Source of the DNA: Nitrospinaceae bacterium
GTDB taxonomy: Bacteria > Nitrospinota > Nitrospinia > Nitrospinales > Nitrospinaceae
Direction of reading: 5' to 3'
Length of the DNA: 64,000 nucleotides
Assembly (NCBI GenBank): GCA_965237905.1
Contig: OZ250172.1
Location: forward strand, 2,240,001 to 2,304,000
The notes beneath the pieces are model-generated. The model was given only the letters and a program-made list of their open reading frames with translations, ran no database searches and was not told the DNA's origin. Position 1 is the first letter of the stretch; every line of letters starts with the position of its first letter. The position numbers and the translations under genes are program-made. This document shows, piece by piece, positions 10,597 through 19,497 of this stretch.

Positions 10597-11121
10597 TTAC
10601 TCGAAATCTTCCGGCGACAGGTTGAACTCTTTATAGCATTCCGTGAGCAAGCTACCCGCCGTTTCCACCATGTGCAGCTCTCCCTGTTCTTCGAACAGTT
10701 TTTTGGCGATGCGCAGGTGGTGGACGGCTTCTTTCCCTTGCTTGACGGAATAATGCACCGTTGCCAGGTTGCTGTGGGCTCGGGCGAAGTTGGGGTTGAT
10801 CTTGAGCGCCTCTTGGTAATGCTTGACCGAGTCCTCGATCATGTTCAGCAAGTTGCAAATAAACGCCAGACTGTAATGGGCCATGACGTCGTTCGGTTTC
10901 AGTTCCACTGCTTTTTGGTAGCAGGGCAGGGCCTTGGCGTTTTGCTGGAGTTTGCCGTACCGGCTTGCCAGGTTGAACCAGGCCCGGAAGTGTTCGGGGT
11001 CCAAAACCACGGATTGTTCATAAGCGGCGATGGCGCCTTCGTTGTCCCCAGCGCGGCCCAGCGTCACTCCCTTTTGGAACCAGCCCTCGGCGCTTTGGGG
11101 CGTTGTCGACTCGGTAGTCAT
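10597..11121 (-). CDS. TPR protein
   Basis: About four 34-aa repeats (AWFNLA, AHYSLA, AHSNLA). Confidence 0.85.
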   Translation of the reverse strand: MTTESTTPQSAEGWFQKGVTLGRAGDNEGAIAAYEQSVVLDPEHFRAWFNLASRYGKLQQNAKALPCYQKAVELKPNDVMAHYSLAFICNLLNMIEDSVKHYQEALKINPNFARAHSNLATVHYSVKQGKEAVHHLRIAKKLFEEQGELHMVETAGSLLTECYKEFNLSPEDFE

Positions 11122-11345
11122 CGGGTCATCCTTCTATGAAAAAGATTCAAAAGTTCAAAAAAATGTGTTTTGAGAATGGCCATATGCTACCCAGTTCAAA
11201 GGCCAATTGCAACCTCCGAGGGCCATAATCCGCTCTGTCGGACCGGAAAATACGGGAGACCCCTTGACCCCGGACGAAAAATGATTTTAAATGACGACCT
11301 TCAAAGAAAAACCGTTAAACCTGTATTATTGAGGAATTGAATACG

Positions 11346-11621
11346 ATGGCTGTTATCGAACCGGGGTCTGAGGAGGAACAAACGCTTTTGGCCCGATGGA
11401 TCCGGCGGGGCCGGGATTTGGTGGTTGGCACGTCCGCCATGGGGGAATCCTATCTGGATCCCAAGATCAAGCGCGAAGAAGAGGTGCAGAAGCTGACCGA
11501 GGACTATGTGAAATTCGACCACGAGGTGGCGGAACAATTGCCTCATTTGAAGGGCCGGTTCCGATGGGATCTGGAAAAATATTTCCGCGATCATTTCGGC
11601 CCTTACCTTCCCATAGAATGA
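11346..11621 (+). CDS. Hypothetical protein
   Basis: Plausible ORF with GAGG upstream; first of a three-gene + strand run. Start could be TTG 11337. Confidence 0.65.
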   Translation: MAVIEPGSEEEQTLLARWIRRGRDLVVGTSAMGESYLDPKIKREEEVQKLTEDYVKFDHEVAEQLPHLKGRFRWDLEKYFRDHFGPYLPIE

Positions 11622-11637
11622 ATTCCCAGAAACCGAG

Positions 11638-11961
11638 ATGTCTGAAGTCCACATATTAGACTTGGCCGATGCTCCGGAGGAGGGGCAGGGTAAACGGGTC
11701 GAGTTCAATCACCCTTTTACCGAATTTCCTTATGCCCTGGGGGTGTATTTCGCCAAAGGCCGCTATTTAGTGGTCACCGATACCTGCAAGAAATGCAATT
11801 CCAGCCTTGCGCAAGGGAAATTGAACGGCATGTACGCTCTGTGCGCCCGGGAACAGCATGCCTGGCATATCAAAACCGGCCTCTTCAAATTCGACCGCAC
11901 CCAGTCGATTCCCACATACCGCGTTATCGTCAAGGACGAAGGCTTGTATATCGAGATATAA
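11638..11961 (+). CDS. Atypical Rieske-ferredoxin-fold protein
   Basis: NirD/Rieske-like pattern C....SL..G....C......W...TG and IPTYRV; His ligands absent. Confidence 0.7.
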   Translation: MSEVHILDLADAPEEGQGKRVEFNHPFTEFPYALGVYFAKGRYLVVTDTCKKCNSSLAQGKLNGMYALCAREQHAWHIKTGLFKFDRTQSIPTYRVIVKDEGLYIEI

Positions 11962-11984
11962 TTACCTTGGATAAAGGTGATCCT

Positions 11985-13166
11985 ATGGCAATGCGATATT
12001 TATATTTTCTTTTATTTCTTGCGCTGGGCTTGGCGCTGTTGGTGTCAGCCGGTTGTTTTCGTGGATCCTCTGCTTCCGAGGAAACGCGATCCCGCATTGA
12101 ACAGAAGGCCGAAACTGCGAAGGGGTTGATCCGGCAAAGGGCGCAGTCCGGGGAAGATGTCAGCGGGGTTCTGGCAACCCTGGAGGCCGCTGGCGGCCGT
12201 TTTGAAAAGGGAGATGTGATGAGGGGCGAGGCCCTTTTGGATCAGGCCCTCGCGACGCTTCAATCCGGGAAGAGCGCCCCGCACGAGTTCAGCGAACCGG
12301 CGACCGATCTCTACAATGATCCGCAACCGGTTAAGGTTCTCGGTTATGACGCGTCGAAGGGTATTATGGAGCCCTTCATCACCCGTGACGGGCAGTATCT
12401 TTTGTTCAACAATGGAAACGCGGCCCACAACACCGATGGTACAAAGGGCGAGCCCGACCTCCATCACGCCCAACGGATCAACGATCATACCTTCCGGTAC
12501 CTGGGAGAAATCCGGGGAGCCAATTCGAGCATGGTCGATGGCGCTCCTTCGCTCGATCAAAACAACCGATTGTTTTTCATTTCCCCGCGCGCCTATCAAG
12601 AAAAGCGCTCAACGATTCATACGGGAATCTTTAAAAATGGAGAAGCAACAAACGTGGGTCTTGTGAACGGGGATATCTCTCCCAACAAACCCGGCTGGCT
12701 CAATATGGACGCCGAGATCAGCGCCGACGGCAAGACGTTGGTTTACACCGTGAATCAGTGGAATACGGATTTCAATGTCCCCAAGACATCGGATCTGCAG
12801 GCGGCGCAATGGGTCGGAGGCCGGTTCGAACGAATGAACGATTCCGACGCCATTTTTCGCAACATCAATACCGAAGAGCTGGAGTATGCGCCCTCACTCT
12901 CCGCAGACCAACTCACACTTTCGTTCACACGCGCCAGGATTAACATCAAGGATGGGAAACTACGGGGGATGGTCAGCCGCATTCTAATAGCGAGCCGGCA
13001 TTCCACCGAGGAGCCATTCCGCAAACCCCGGTGGATCAAGGCGATCACCGGAGTGGTCGAGGGCTCGACCATCACGCCGGACGAGAAAGTCCTCTATTAC
13101 CACAAAAAGGAAGGGGGTACCTTCCGCCTTTATAAGGTCAAACGCAGGGCCCGTCGAAGCAAGTAG
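11985..13166 (+). CDS. Lipoprotein with PD40/TolB-like beta-propeller repeats
   Basis: Lipobox SAGC; repeats PFITRDGQYLLF, PSLDQNNRLFF, EISADGKTLVY, PSLSADQLTLSF, TITPDEKVLYY. Confidence 0.8.
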   Translation: MAMRYLYFLLFLALGLALLVSAGCFRGSSASEETRSRIEQKAETAKGLIRQRAQSGEDVSGVLATLEAAGGRFEKGDVMRGEALLDQALATLQSGKSAPHEFSEPATDLYNDPQPVKVLGYDASKGIMEPFITRDGQYLLFNNGNAAHNTDGTKGEPDLHHAQRINDHTFRYLGEIRGANSSMVDGAPSLDQNNRLFFISPRAYQEKRSTIHTGIFKNGEATNVGLVNGDISPNKPGWLNMDAEISADGKTLVYTVNQWNTDFNVPKTSDLQAAQWVGGRFERMNDSDAIFRNINTEELEYAPSLSADQLTLSFTRARINIKDGKLRGMVSRILIASRHSTEEPFRKPRWIKAITGVVEGSTITPDEKVLYYHKKEGGTFRLYKVKRRARRSK

Positions 13167-13187
13167 GCGGTATTTGGAAGAGAGCGC

Positions 13188-13463
13188 TTATTCCCACGTC
13201 TCCAAAACTAGAGCATTGCCTTCCGCATCGTAGATCTTTTTACCTCTGAGGCAGATTTCAACCAATTTGAGAGCCAGTTCTTTGGTTTGGCTTCCACTAT
13301 CTCCATAAATGTTGAAATCTTTACCCAGCAATTCCGGAGATTCGATACGGCAATAAAAATTCCTGTTCTCAAAGGTGGCAAACGGGCCCTCGATCTTCAC
13401 GCTGAAGGGGCGCCGTTGTCCCTGTTCATCAATAAACGCTGTTACATAATAAGGGTTGTTCAT
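13188..13463 (-). CDS. Small hypothetical protein (DUF6968-like)
   Basis: GGGGAG RBS; V.I.GP....YC.I......IYG.S..Q...LA pattern; lower GC. Confidence 0.6.
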   Translation of the reverse strand: MNNPYYVTAFIDEQGQRRPFSVKIEGPFATFENRNFYCRIESPELLGKDFNIYGDSGSQTKELALKLVEICLRGKKIYDAEGNALVLETWE

Positions 13464-13602
13464 TTCTTCTCCCCGAAGATATATGAAACGATTGATCAAA
13501 TTTACTATTACATAAACAGTATTTGTCATGCAATAGTCACAGATAATGGTTCGGGCATCAAGTTTAAAACCCGTTCAATACCTGTCTATCATCGCAACAA
13601 GT

Positions 13603-13722
13603 TGTGGATAATTTGTTGAAACAATGTGGAAACTTTGTGGAAAAATTCGGTTAAATCATTGTAGGGAAAATGAATTGAAATCCTGATGATTGAAGACAGA
13701 TTTTATTCACGACTGTGGAAAA
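13603..13722. promoter_or_regulatory. Cluster of DnaA-box-like 9-mers
   Basis: TGTGGATAA (13603, perfect), TGTTGAAAC (13614), TGTGGAAAC (13625), TGTGGAAAA (13636), TTATTCACG (13703), TGTGGAAAA (13714). Confidence 0.6.
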
Positions 13723-13849
13723 CTTTTTGAATTTTTTTTGGGAGGTTTATGGAATGATGTCAGAATGGACCTGCTTAAGGAGGGTCGCGTTAGATTCGCG
13801 ATCGGTCAGGGTCAGCAGTCGGGTACCTGCTTACAGTTTGTGACACAGG

Positions 13850-15289
13850 TTACCGCCGCCACGCGTGAAACTTTTGGATGAAATTCAGCAGGCCTGTGGG
13901 CGCATGATTTTTTTTCCAGATGCCGGCGGCGTATTTGTTGGCTTCCGCCATCGTCGGATAAATGTGGATGGTTCCCAGAATCTGGTTCAGTCCGAGGCCG
14001 TGCTTCATGGCCAGCACGTATTCGGTGATCAAATCCCCGGCGTGGTAGCCGACAATGGTGACCCCCAGAATCTTGTCCTTGCCGGGCGGTGTCAATACTT
14101 TCACATAGCCTGTGTCCTCGCTATCGGCGATGGCGCGGTCGAGGTCGTCAATACCATACGTCGCCACGTCATAAGGGATGCCCTGTTCCTTCGCCTCTTT
14201 TTCGTTGAGGCCGACGCGCGCCACTTCCGGATCGGTGAACGTGGCCCAGGGAATGACCCTGTAATCCACCTTGAATTTCTTGAAGGGGCTGAACAACGCG
14301 TTGACCGCGCAGTACCAGGCCTGATGCGCGGCGGTGTGGGTGAACTGGAACGGACCCGCCACGTCGCCGCAGGCGTAAATATTTTTGTGCGTGGTGGTTC
14401 GCAGATATTGATCGACCTCCACCGTGCCGCGCGGTCCCAGTTTCACGCCGATGTCTTCCAGACCGAAGCCTTTGGCGTTGGCGGCGCGGCCGACCGCGAC
14501 CAACAATTGATCGAATTCTACCCGGTCGGTCCCGCCTTCTTTTTCCACCAGCATATAATTCTTACCGTCCTGCACCACCACTTCCTTGCATTTGGAATTG
14601 ACGCGCACGTCGACGCCATCGGCGAGAAATTTCTGGCGCACCATGCGGCTCGCTTCCTCGTCTTCGCGGATCAGAATGTCGGGGAGCATTTCCACGAGGG
14701 TCACTTCGCTCCCCAACCGTGCGAAACATTGCGCCAGTTCACACCCGATAGGTCCGCCGCCCATCACCATCAGTTTCTTCGGTAACTTGCTCAGGTTCCA
14801 GATCGTGTCCGTCGTCAGGTAGTCCACCTGATCGAGGCCGGGAATCGGGGGTACTGCCGGCCGCGCGCCGGTGGCAATGATGATGTTTTTCGTGGTTAGC
14901 GTTTTGCCATTCACCTCGACCTCGTGCGGGGAGAGGATCTTCGCGGAGCCGGTGAAGCAGTCCACACCCAGCTTCGTGTAACGCTCAATGCTGTCGTGCG
15001 GCTCCACTTTTTTGATGACGTTGTGCACGCGCTCCATGATGTCGGGAAACTCGAAATCCACCTGCGCTGATTTCAGCCCGAAGTCCTGCGACCGTTTGAT
15101 GTAAGAGAGAATTTTAGCCGAGCGAATGAGCGCTTTGCTGGGCACGCACCCGGTGTTCAGGCAGTCGCCGCCCATCAGGTGTTTTTCGATCAGTGCGACC
15201 TTGGCCTTGACGACCGAACCGATATAAGCCGACACCAGTCCTGCCGAGCCCGCGCCGATCACGATAATGTTGTAATCTTTCTTCGCCAT
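13850..15289 (-). CDS. Pyridine nucleotide-disulfide oxidoreductase (mercuric reductase-like family, no C-terminal CC)
   Basis: GAGSAG, GGDCLNTGCVPSK, GGGPIGCE, HIYPTMAE. Confidence 0.9.
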   Translation of the reverse strand: MAKKDYNIIVIGAGSAGLVSAYIGSVVKAKVALIEKHLMGGDCLNTGCVPSKALIRSAKILSYIKRSQDFGLKSAQVDFEFPDIMERVHNVIKKVEPHDSIERYTKLGVDCFTGSAKILSPHEVEVNGKTLTTKNIIIATGARPAVPPIPGLDQVDYLTTDTIWNLSKLPKKLMVMGGGPIGCELAQCFARLGSEVTLVEMLPDILIREDEEASRMVRQKFLADGVDVRVNSKCKEVVVQDGKNYMLVEKEGGTDRVEFDQLLVAVGRAANAKGFGLEDIGVKLGPRGTVEVDQYLRTTTHKNIYACGDVAGPFQFTHTAAHQAWYCAVNALFSPFKKFKVDYRVIPWATFTDPEVARVGLNEKEAKEQGIPYDVATYGIDDLDRAIADSEDTGYVKVLTPPGKDKILGVTIVGYHAGDLITEYVLAMKHGLGLNQILGTIHIYPTMAEANKYAAGIWKKNHAPTGLLNFIQKFHAWRR

Positions 15290-15435
15290 AGAAATAGATG
15301 AACCGGAACAAATGGATAATCAAACATCGCCTTATTAGTCGTTATTCTACCCCAATCCTTACACTGCCGGAACAGGAAGGATGGAAAAGTAGAAGTTAGC
15401 GGCCCGCGTCAGCGTGCCGCAATCTGCCCCTACGG

Positions 15436-16173
15436 CTAGTAGGTGATTTCGCCGCCGGAGATGCGGTGCGGGGTTTTGCCTAAATCAAGCGGGTGGTCTG
15501 TGCCGGGGAGGATGGTGCCGTCGGGAGAGTACGGACCGATCTTACTCCAGGTGCCGTACTGCAGTTCGCTCACATATTCGATCTTCACAATCGCTTTGGG
15601 ATTTTTGTAGCCGTATTTGAAAGGCACGATGACACGCAGGGGAAACCCGTGTTCATCGGACAAGGGGGCGCCGTTCATTTGAGTGACCCCAAGAGTGTGG
15701 GGATGGTTCAGGTCTTCGAGTGACAGGTGTTCGGTATAAACGTCGCCACAGTGGAAGACCACACCGGTGGCCTCCGGTTTCGGCGGACAGAGTTTCATCA
15801 ATTCGGAAAAACGGAAGCCGGTCCATTCCGCCTTGGCGGACCAGCACTCGACGCACTTCAGCCGCGAGGTTTGCGTGATCGGCTCCAGGTTTTTGAGTTG
15901 ATCCAGCGTGAAGGTTTTCGGATTCTCGCACAGGCCGCCGACCTCCAGCGTCCAGTCTTCGGCTTTAATGCGTCTCAGGGGTTTCCAGTAATTGATATAG
16001 AACTGTTTGAATTTGCCCACACGGGTTTTGCCGACGAAGTCGGTTCCCGTAAAATAATCCGGCTCGGCCCGTGCGGAACCCGGTCGGCTCCACCAGCCCT
16101 GCACGAATGCCGCGCAGAATGCGAACGTGCGGACCAGAAACGATCGTCGGCTTAATCCGTCGAATGGACGCAT
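15436..16173 (-). CDS. Tat-exported molybdopterin oxidoreductase (MsrP/YedY-like)
   Basis: Tat motif SRRSFL; CVECWS; HGFPLRVIVPFKYGYKNPK. Confidence 0.88.
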   Translation of the reverse strand: MRPFDGLSRRSFLVRTFAFCAAFVQGWWSRPGSARAEPDYFTGTDFVGKTRVGKFKQFYINYWKPLRRIKAEDWTLEVGGLCENPKTFTLDQLKNLEPITQTSRLKCVECWSAKAEWTGFRFSELMKLCPPKPEATGVVFHCGDVYTEHLSLEDLNHPHTLGVTQMNGAPLSDEHGFPLRVIVPFKYGYKNPKAIVKIEYVSELQYGTWSKIGPYSPDGTILPGTDHPLDLGKTPHRISGGEITY

Positions 16174-16808
16174 CGGAATCCCAGAAAGCTGAGCCGTTCC
16201 CCCGGAGGGATGGTGGCTTTTTCGAAGGCCTTGCTATATTCGAAATCGAGGTGCTTGTTCCACAACCCGCCACGAATGATTCTCAATTGGCCCTGGGCGT
16301 CGGCGGTCCATTCCCAGACCGACCCCGCCATGTCGTGAATACCGTAGGCGGAGACATCCTGCTTATTGGACGCTACATTTTTTTTGACGACTCCGGAGTA
16401 AAACGGATGCGGACGTTTTCTAGGTTTGCGGTCGCCCCAGGGGTAGATGAAGCCACTCTCTCCCCGCGCCGCTTTTTCCCATTCCGGCTCGGTGGGCAAT
16501 CGGCCTCCAATTTTTTCACAATATTCTTTGGCCTGGTACCAGGTGACTTTCGTCATCGGATGTTGGGCCGCGCCTTTGCGGAAACGGTAGTTGGGAAACT
16601 GCTCCTTGAATTCCTCATTGGTGACCTCGCTCTGGTCGATCAGGAAAGACTTGAGGAATAGGCGCCGTTCCGGTCCGTGGGGAGGTTGTTTCCCCTGGCC
16701 CATAGTGAACGGTCCTTCCGGTATCATCACCATCGATGAGGCAGATGCGATAGCGGGCGTACCGAGCGACACGATGATAATCCAGCTGGCAAGACGATGT
16801 AAGTTCAT
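16152..16808 (-). CDS. Secreted FGE-sulfatase (SUMF1/PvdO)-fold protein
   Basis: Signal peptide; EVTN, RLPTEPEWEKAARG, DMAGSVWEW, GFRC. Confidence 0.88.
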   Translation of the reverse strand: MNLHRLASWIIIVSLGTPAIASASSMVMIPEGPFTMGQGKQPPHGPERRLFLKSFLIDQSEVTNEEFKEQFPNYRFRKGAAQHPMTKVTWYQAKEYCEKIGGRLPTEPEWEKAARGESGFIYPWGDRKPRKRPHPFYSGVVKKNVASNKQDVSAYGIHDMAGSVWEWTADAQGQLRIIRGGLWNKHLDFEYSKAFEKATIPPGERLSFLGFRCVHSTD

Positions 16809-16844
16809 ACTTAAAGTCTACCAAGGACGCGGGCACCGATTCAA
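16794..16844. repeat. Direct repeat copy 1 (promoter plus first codons of the FGE-fold gene)
   Basis: ACGATGTAAGTTCATACTTAAAGTCTACCAAGGACGCGGGCACCGATTCAA; near-identical copy at 18614-18665. Confidence 0.9.
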
Positions 16845-17164
16845 CACATTCTAAAGAAAGGACTGATAAGCAGGCATTTAAAAGAGGAAAAATAAGAGGC
16901 GATTAACGAGGCTTTGTTGGTTTCGTTTTTAAAGGGATGATAGTGTTTTAGATTGGGTTTGTCGGCAAAGGGGATTCCCTGTTCGCTGTCCGCACCGCAC
17001 AATTGTATTAACACGTTTCTTAAATTGCTAATGCTTTCGTTTTTTGCCAATATATTCGATTAGGTTTTTTACTTCGAACAAGCACATTTGACGGGGCGGA
17101 TACGGCGCCACAAACAGATAAGAAAACAAAACTCAATTTAAGCAAGTGATAAGAGGTTCCGAAG

Positions 17165-17995
17165 TTAACACCACAATTGCTTTGTGATAGGGAACTTTTC
17201 GTAGCAATATTCATAAACATCTTTGTAGAACGATTTGACTTCACTTTCTAATTCATCATCTTGTTCAGTTTTATTTCTTGTTTTATTGACTCTAACTGCT
17301 CCATATTCCGCTTTTACTTGAACTTGGCAGAAATCTGGCAATCTCTCTATTTCTTCAGCGTTAAACAAATTCTCGTAAATTCCTACATAAACACCACTTT
17401 CGCCAAAAACACTGAGGGCTCGCTCAATTGTAATGTGATAATTAGTTCTGAATTTACAATGCTCAGATGCGTAGTATTGCCTCAAAGCATTAAAAAAGTT
17501 TTTCTCACCACTCTCTATTCCCTCATTGTAATTACCCCTATCCAAGTTAAATCTGACTGCACTCTTAACCCTATTTAAAGGATTTCGAATCAGAATTACC
17601 GCCTTACAATCAACTTCCCTATTTTGAAATTGACTATGAATAAATTTCAAACGTTTTTCACTCAAACCGCTGTATGAAGGGGTTATATCAGCCGAAACGG
17701 AAACACCGTCTACAAACAAGGAGTCAAAATAATCGAAGTAAAAATTTTCTTCTGTCTGCATTCGATGTCTAAGAAGTATTGCTTTGTTTGCAAATAACTT
17801 CTCTTTTAGTGGAACTTTTCCTATTAAATTGCGTCTGAGCGGAGGTAAATCTAACCCATCCCCAATATGGTATTCCTTAGCAAATCCGCCATCGTAGTTT
17901 TTATGTTGCCTCAGATATTCAGACAACCAAGTTGTACCACATTTTTGACAACCCAAACCTAACAAAAATTTCTTCTGAGACACCATATTTTTCAT
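17165..17995 (-). CDS. Sulfotransferase-family protein
   Basis: PAPS loop GCQKCGTT, KEYH, DITPSYS, RNPLNRVKS; AT-rich. Start uncertain. Confidence 0.85.
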   Translation of the reverse strand: MKNMVSQKKFLLGLGCQKCGTTWLSEYLRQHKNYDGGFAKEYHIGDGLDLPPLRRNLIGKVPLKEKLFANKAILLRHRMQTEENFYFDYFDSLFVDGVSVSADITPSYSGLSEKRLKFIHSQFQNREVDCKAVILIRNPLNRVKSAVRFNLDRGNYNEGIESGEKNFFNALRQYYASEHCKFRTNYHITIERALSVFGESGVYVGIYENLFNAEEIERLPDFCQVQVKAEYGAVRVNKTRNKTEQDDELESEVKSFYKDVYEYCYEKFPITKQLWC

Positions 17996-18458
17996 CCGAA
18001 AATCAATCATTTACCGAAAATGTAAGTCGTAAACCCACCATTGTAAACTACAGAAACACGCCTTTCAATACATTGGCTATAGCGTCCATCGCTGTCTTTT
18101 TCTTTCGACTGACAGCAACAGAATAGACTCTTCGTTGCATTTTGCTCTATGCGGAAAAGCACGTAGTTCGTTTCTTCGCCGCTGTGCTCATACTTCACAA
18201 GCGTGTTGATGCCCAAGTTAGCGGCTTTCTCGTCTTAAGTCTTAATAGGTAGTTAAGAACTGATTATGGGTCTTTTCCTGGCGTGGGGAAGAGCTACTTA
18301 TTTGAAAAGTTATGAGCTACTCGGTTTTTCCCAGCACGACTGATATTAAATAAATGACTCGGTTGAATGGTAATCAATTCGGCTTTTACAGAACTCGCAC
18401 CCTTGCCCTTTTCATTTCCCCATCAACGAATAAATATAAAAAACGAAATAGGAAAACT

Positions 18459-18572
18459 TCACCCAAGAATTTCCAATAAACTCTTTATTTCCTCGCCTCC
18501 AAGTTCTCTTACATGCTCAAGAACACCCATCGAGACTACAACATCGAAAGTATCGTCTGGGTAAGGCAAGTT
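18459..18572 (-). pseudogene. Class I SAM-methyltransferase fragment
   Basis: Reads NLPYPDDTFDVVVSMGVLEHVRELGGEEIKSLLEILG* with no start codon or motif I. Confidence 0.65.
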
Positions 18573-18613
18573 GACGGGGTGCCGAGTAACACCATAAGAA
18601 TCAAGCCGATAAT

Positions 18614-18665
18614 ACGATGTAAGTTCATACTTAAAAGTCTACCAAGAGCGCGGGCACCGATTCAA
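18614..18665. repeat. Direct repeat copy 2
   Basis: ACGATGTAAGTTCATACTTAAAAGTCTACCAAGAGCGCGGGCACCGATTCAA; one indel and two substitutions versus copy 1. Confidence 0.9.
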
Positions 18666-18831
18666 TAGTATACTATAAATGATTGATAAATAGGCTTTAA
18701 GAGGGGGTTGAACGGGAGGTCCCGGGCAAAGCAGGTGGTATTTATAAAAACAATCACTTATAATGTAATTTAAGTAACTTGAGTTTCTCATACATTCGGG
18801 GAACCTGTTTGGGACTTTCGGGTAATTCGCC

Positions 18832-19149
18832 ATGATCCAGCGATCAGAAAAATCCTACGGCACCGCGGTCAGTTTTGCGGGTGTGTTCGGTCTCTTGGGA
18901 ATCCAGCATTTCTATCTGGGCCGATATCTGCTGGGATTTTTCGATTTGGGTTTATCGGTCGGCGCCTTCGCATTTATTTTCCTGGGCGGATCTACCGAAG
19001 CCATCATAGTTGGAATGATTTTATTTTTGATCGATTTAGTGCATTCGATTTACGTGTTGGTAAAACTCTTGGCCGGAGAATACGAGGATGGAGAAGGCCG
19101 GTTGGTGATGTACCCCGGCCAGAAAATCCGTCCCGAAAATGTTATTTAA
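18832..19149 (+). CDS. TM2-domain membrane protein
   Basis: KSYGTA....FGLLGIQHFYLG...G. Confidence 0.85.
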   Translation: MIQRSEKSYGTAVSFAGVFGLLGIQHFYLGRYLLGFFDLGLSVGAFAFIFLGGSTEAIIVGMILFLIDLVHSIYVLVKLLAGEYEDGEGRLVMYPGQKIRPENVI

Positions 19150-19167
19150 TTTCAATAGGAGGAGAAT

Positions 19168-19434
19168 ATGAATCAGGTAGCTACTGAACATCCATCAGGA
19201 ACCATGTCTCAGCAGGGGCAAATCAGTGACAAAGGGTACGTGCCCGCCATTTTGATTTGTTTTTTTCTCGGTGGAATCGGCGTCCATCGTTTCTGGGTAG
19301 GGAAAATCGGTACCGGAATTCTACAGTTGTTGACTCTCGGCGGTCTCGGAATCTGGACTCTGGTCGATTTTATAATGATCGTCTGTGGCAAATTCACCGA
19401 TAAACAAGGACGCCTCATCAAGTCTCAGGGTTAA
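19168..19434 (+). CDS. TM2-domain membrane protein
   Basis: FFLGGIGVHRFWVGKIGTGIL.LLTLGGLGIW; AGGAGG RBS. Confidence 0.92.
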   Translation: MNQVATEHPSGTMSQQGQISDKGYVPAILICFFLGGIGVHRFWVGKIGTGILQLLTLGGLGIWTLVDFIMIVCGKFTDKQGRLIKSQG

Positions 19435-19457
19435 CCCACCCGCATAAAGATTGCTCC

Positions 19458-19497
19458 AAACAGCGGCACTGTTTCTCCGGAAACGTGCCGCTGTTTT
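19458..19497. terminator. Bidirectional terminator
   Basis: AAACAGCGGCAC...GTGCCGCTGTTT between convergent genes. Confidence 0.75.

Noticed and set aside
13850..15289. True mercuric reductase merA
   Set aside because: No C-terminal CC pair, no NmerA domain and no mer genes nearby.
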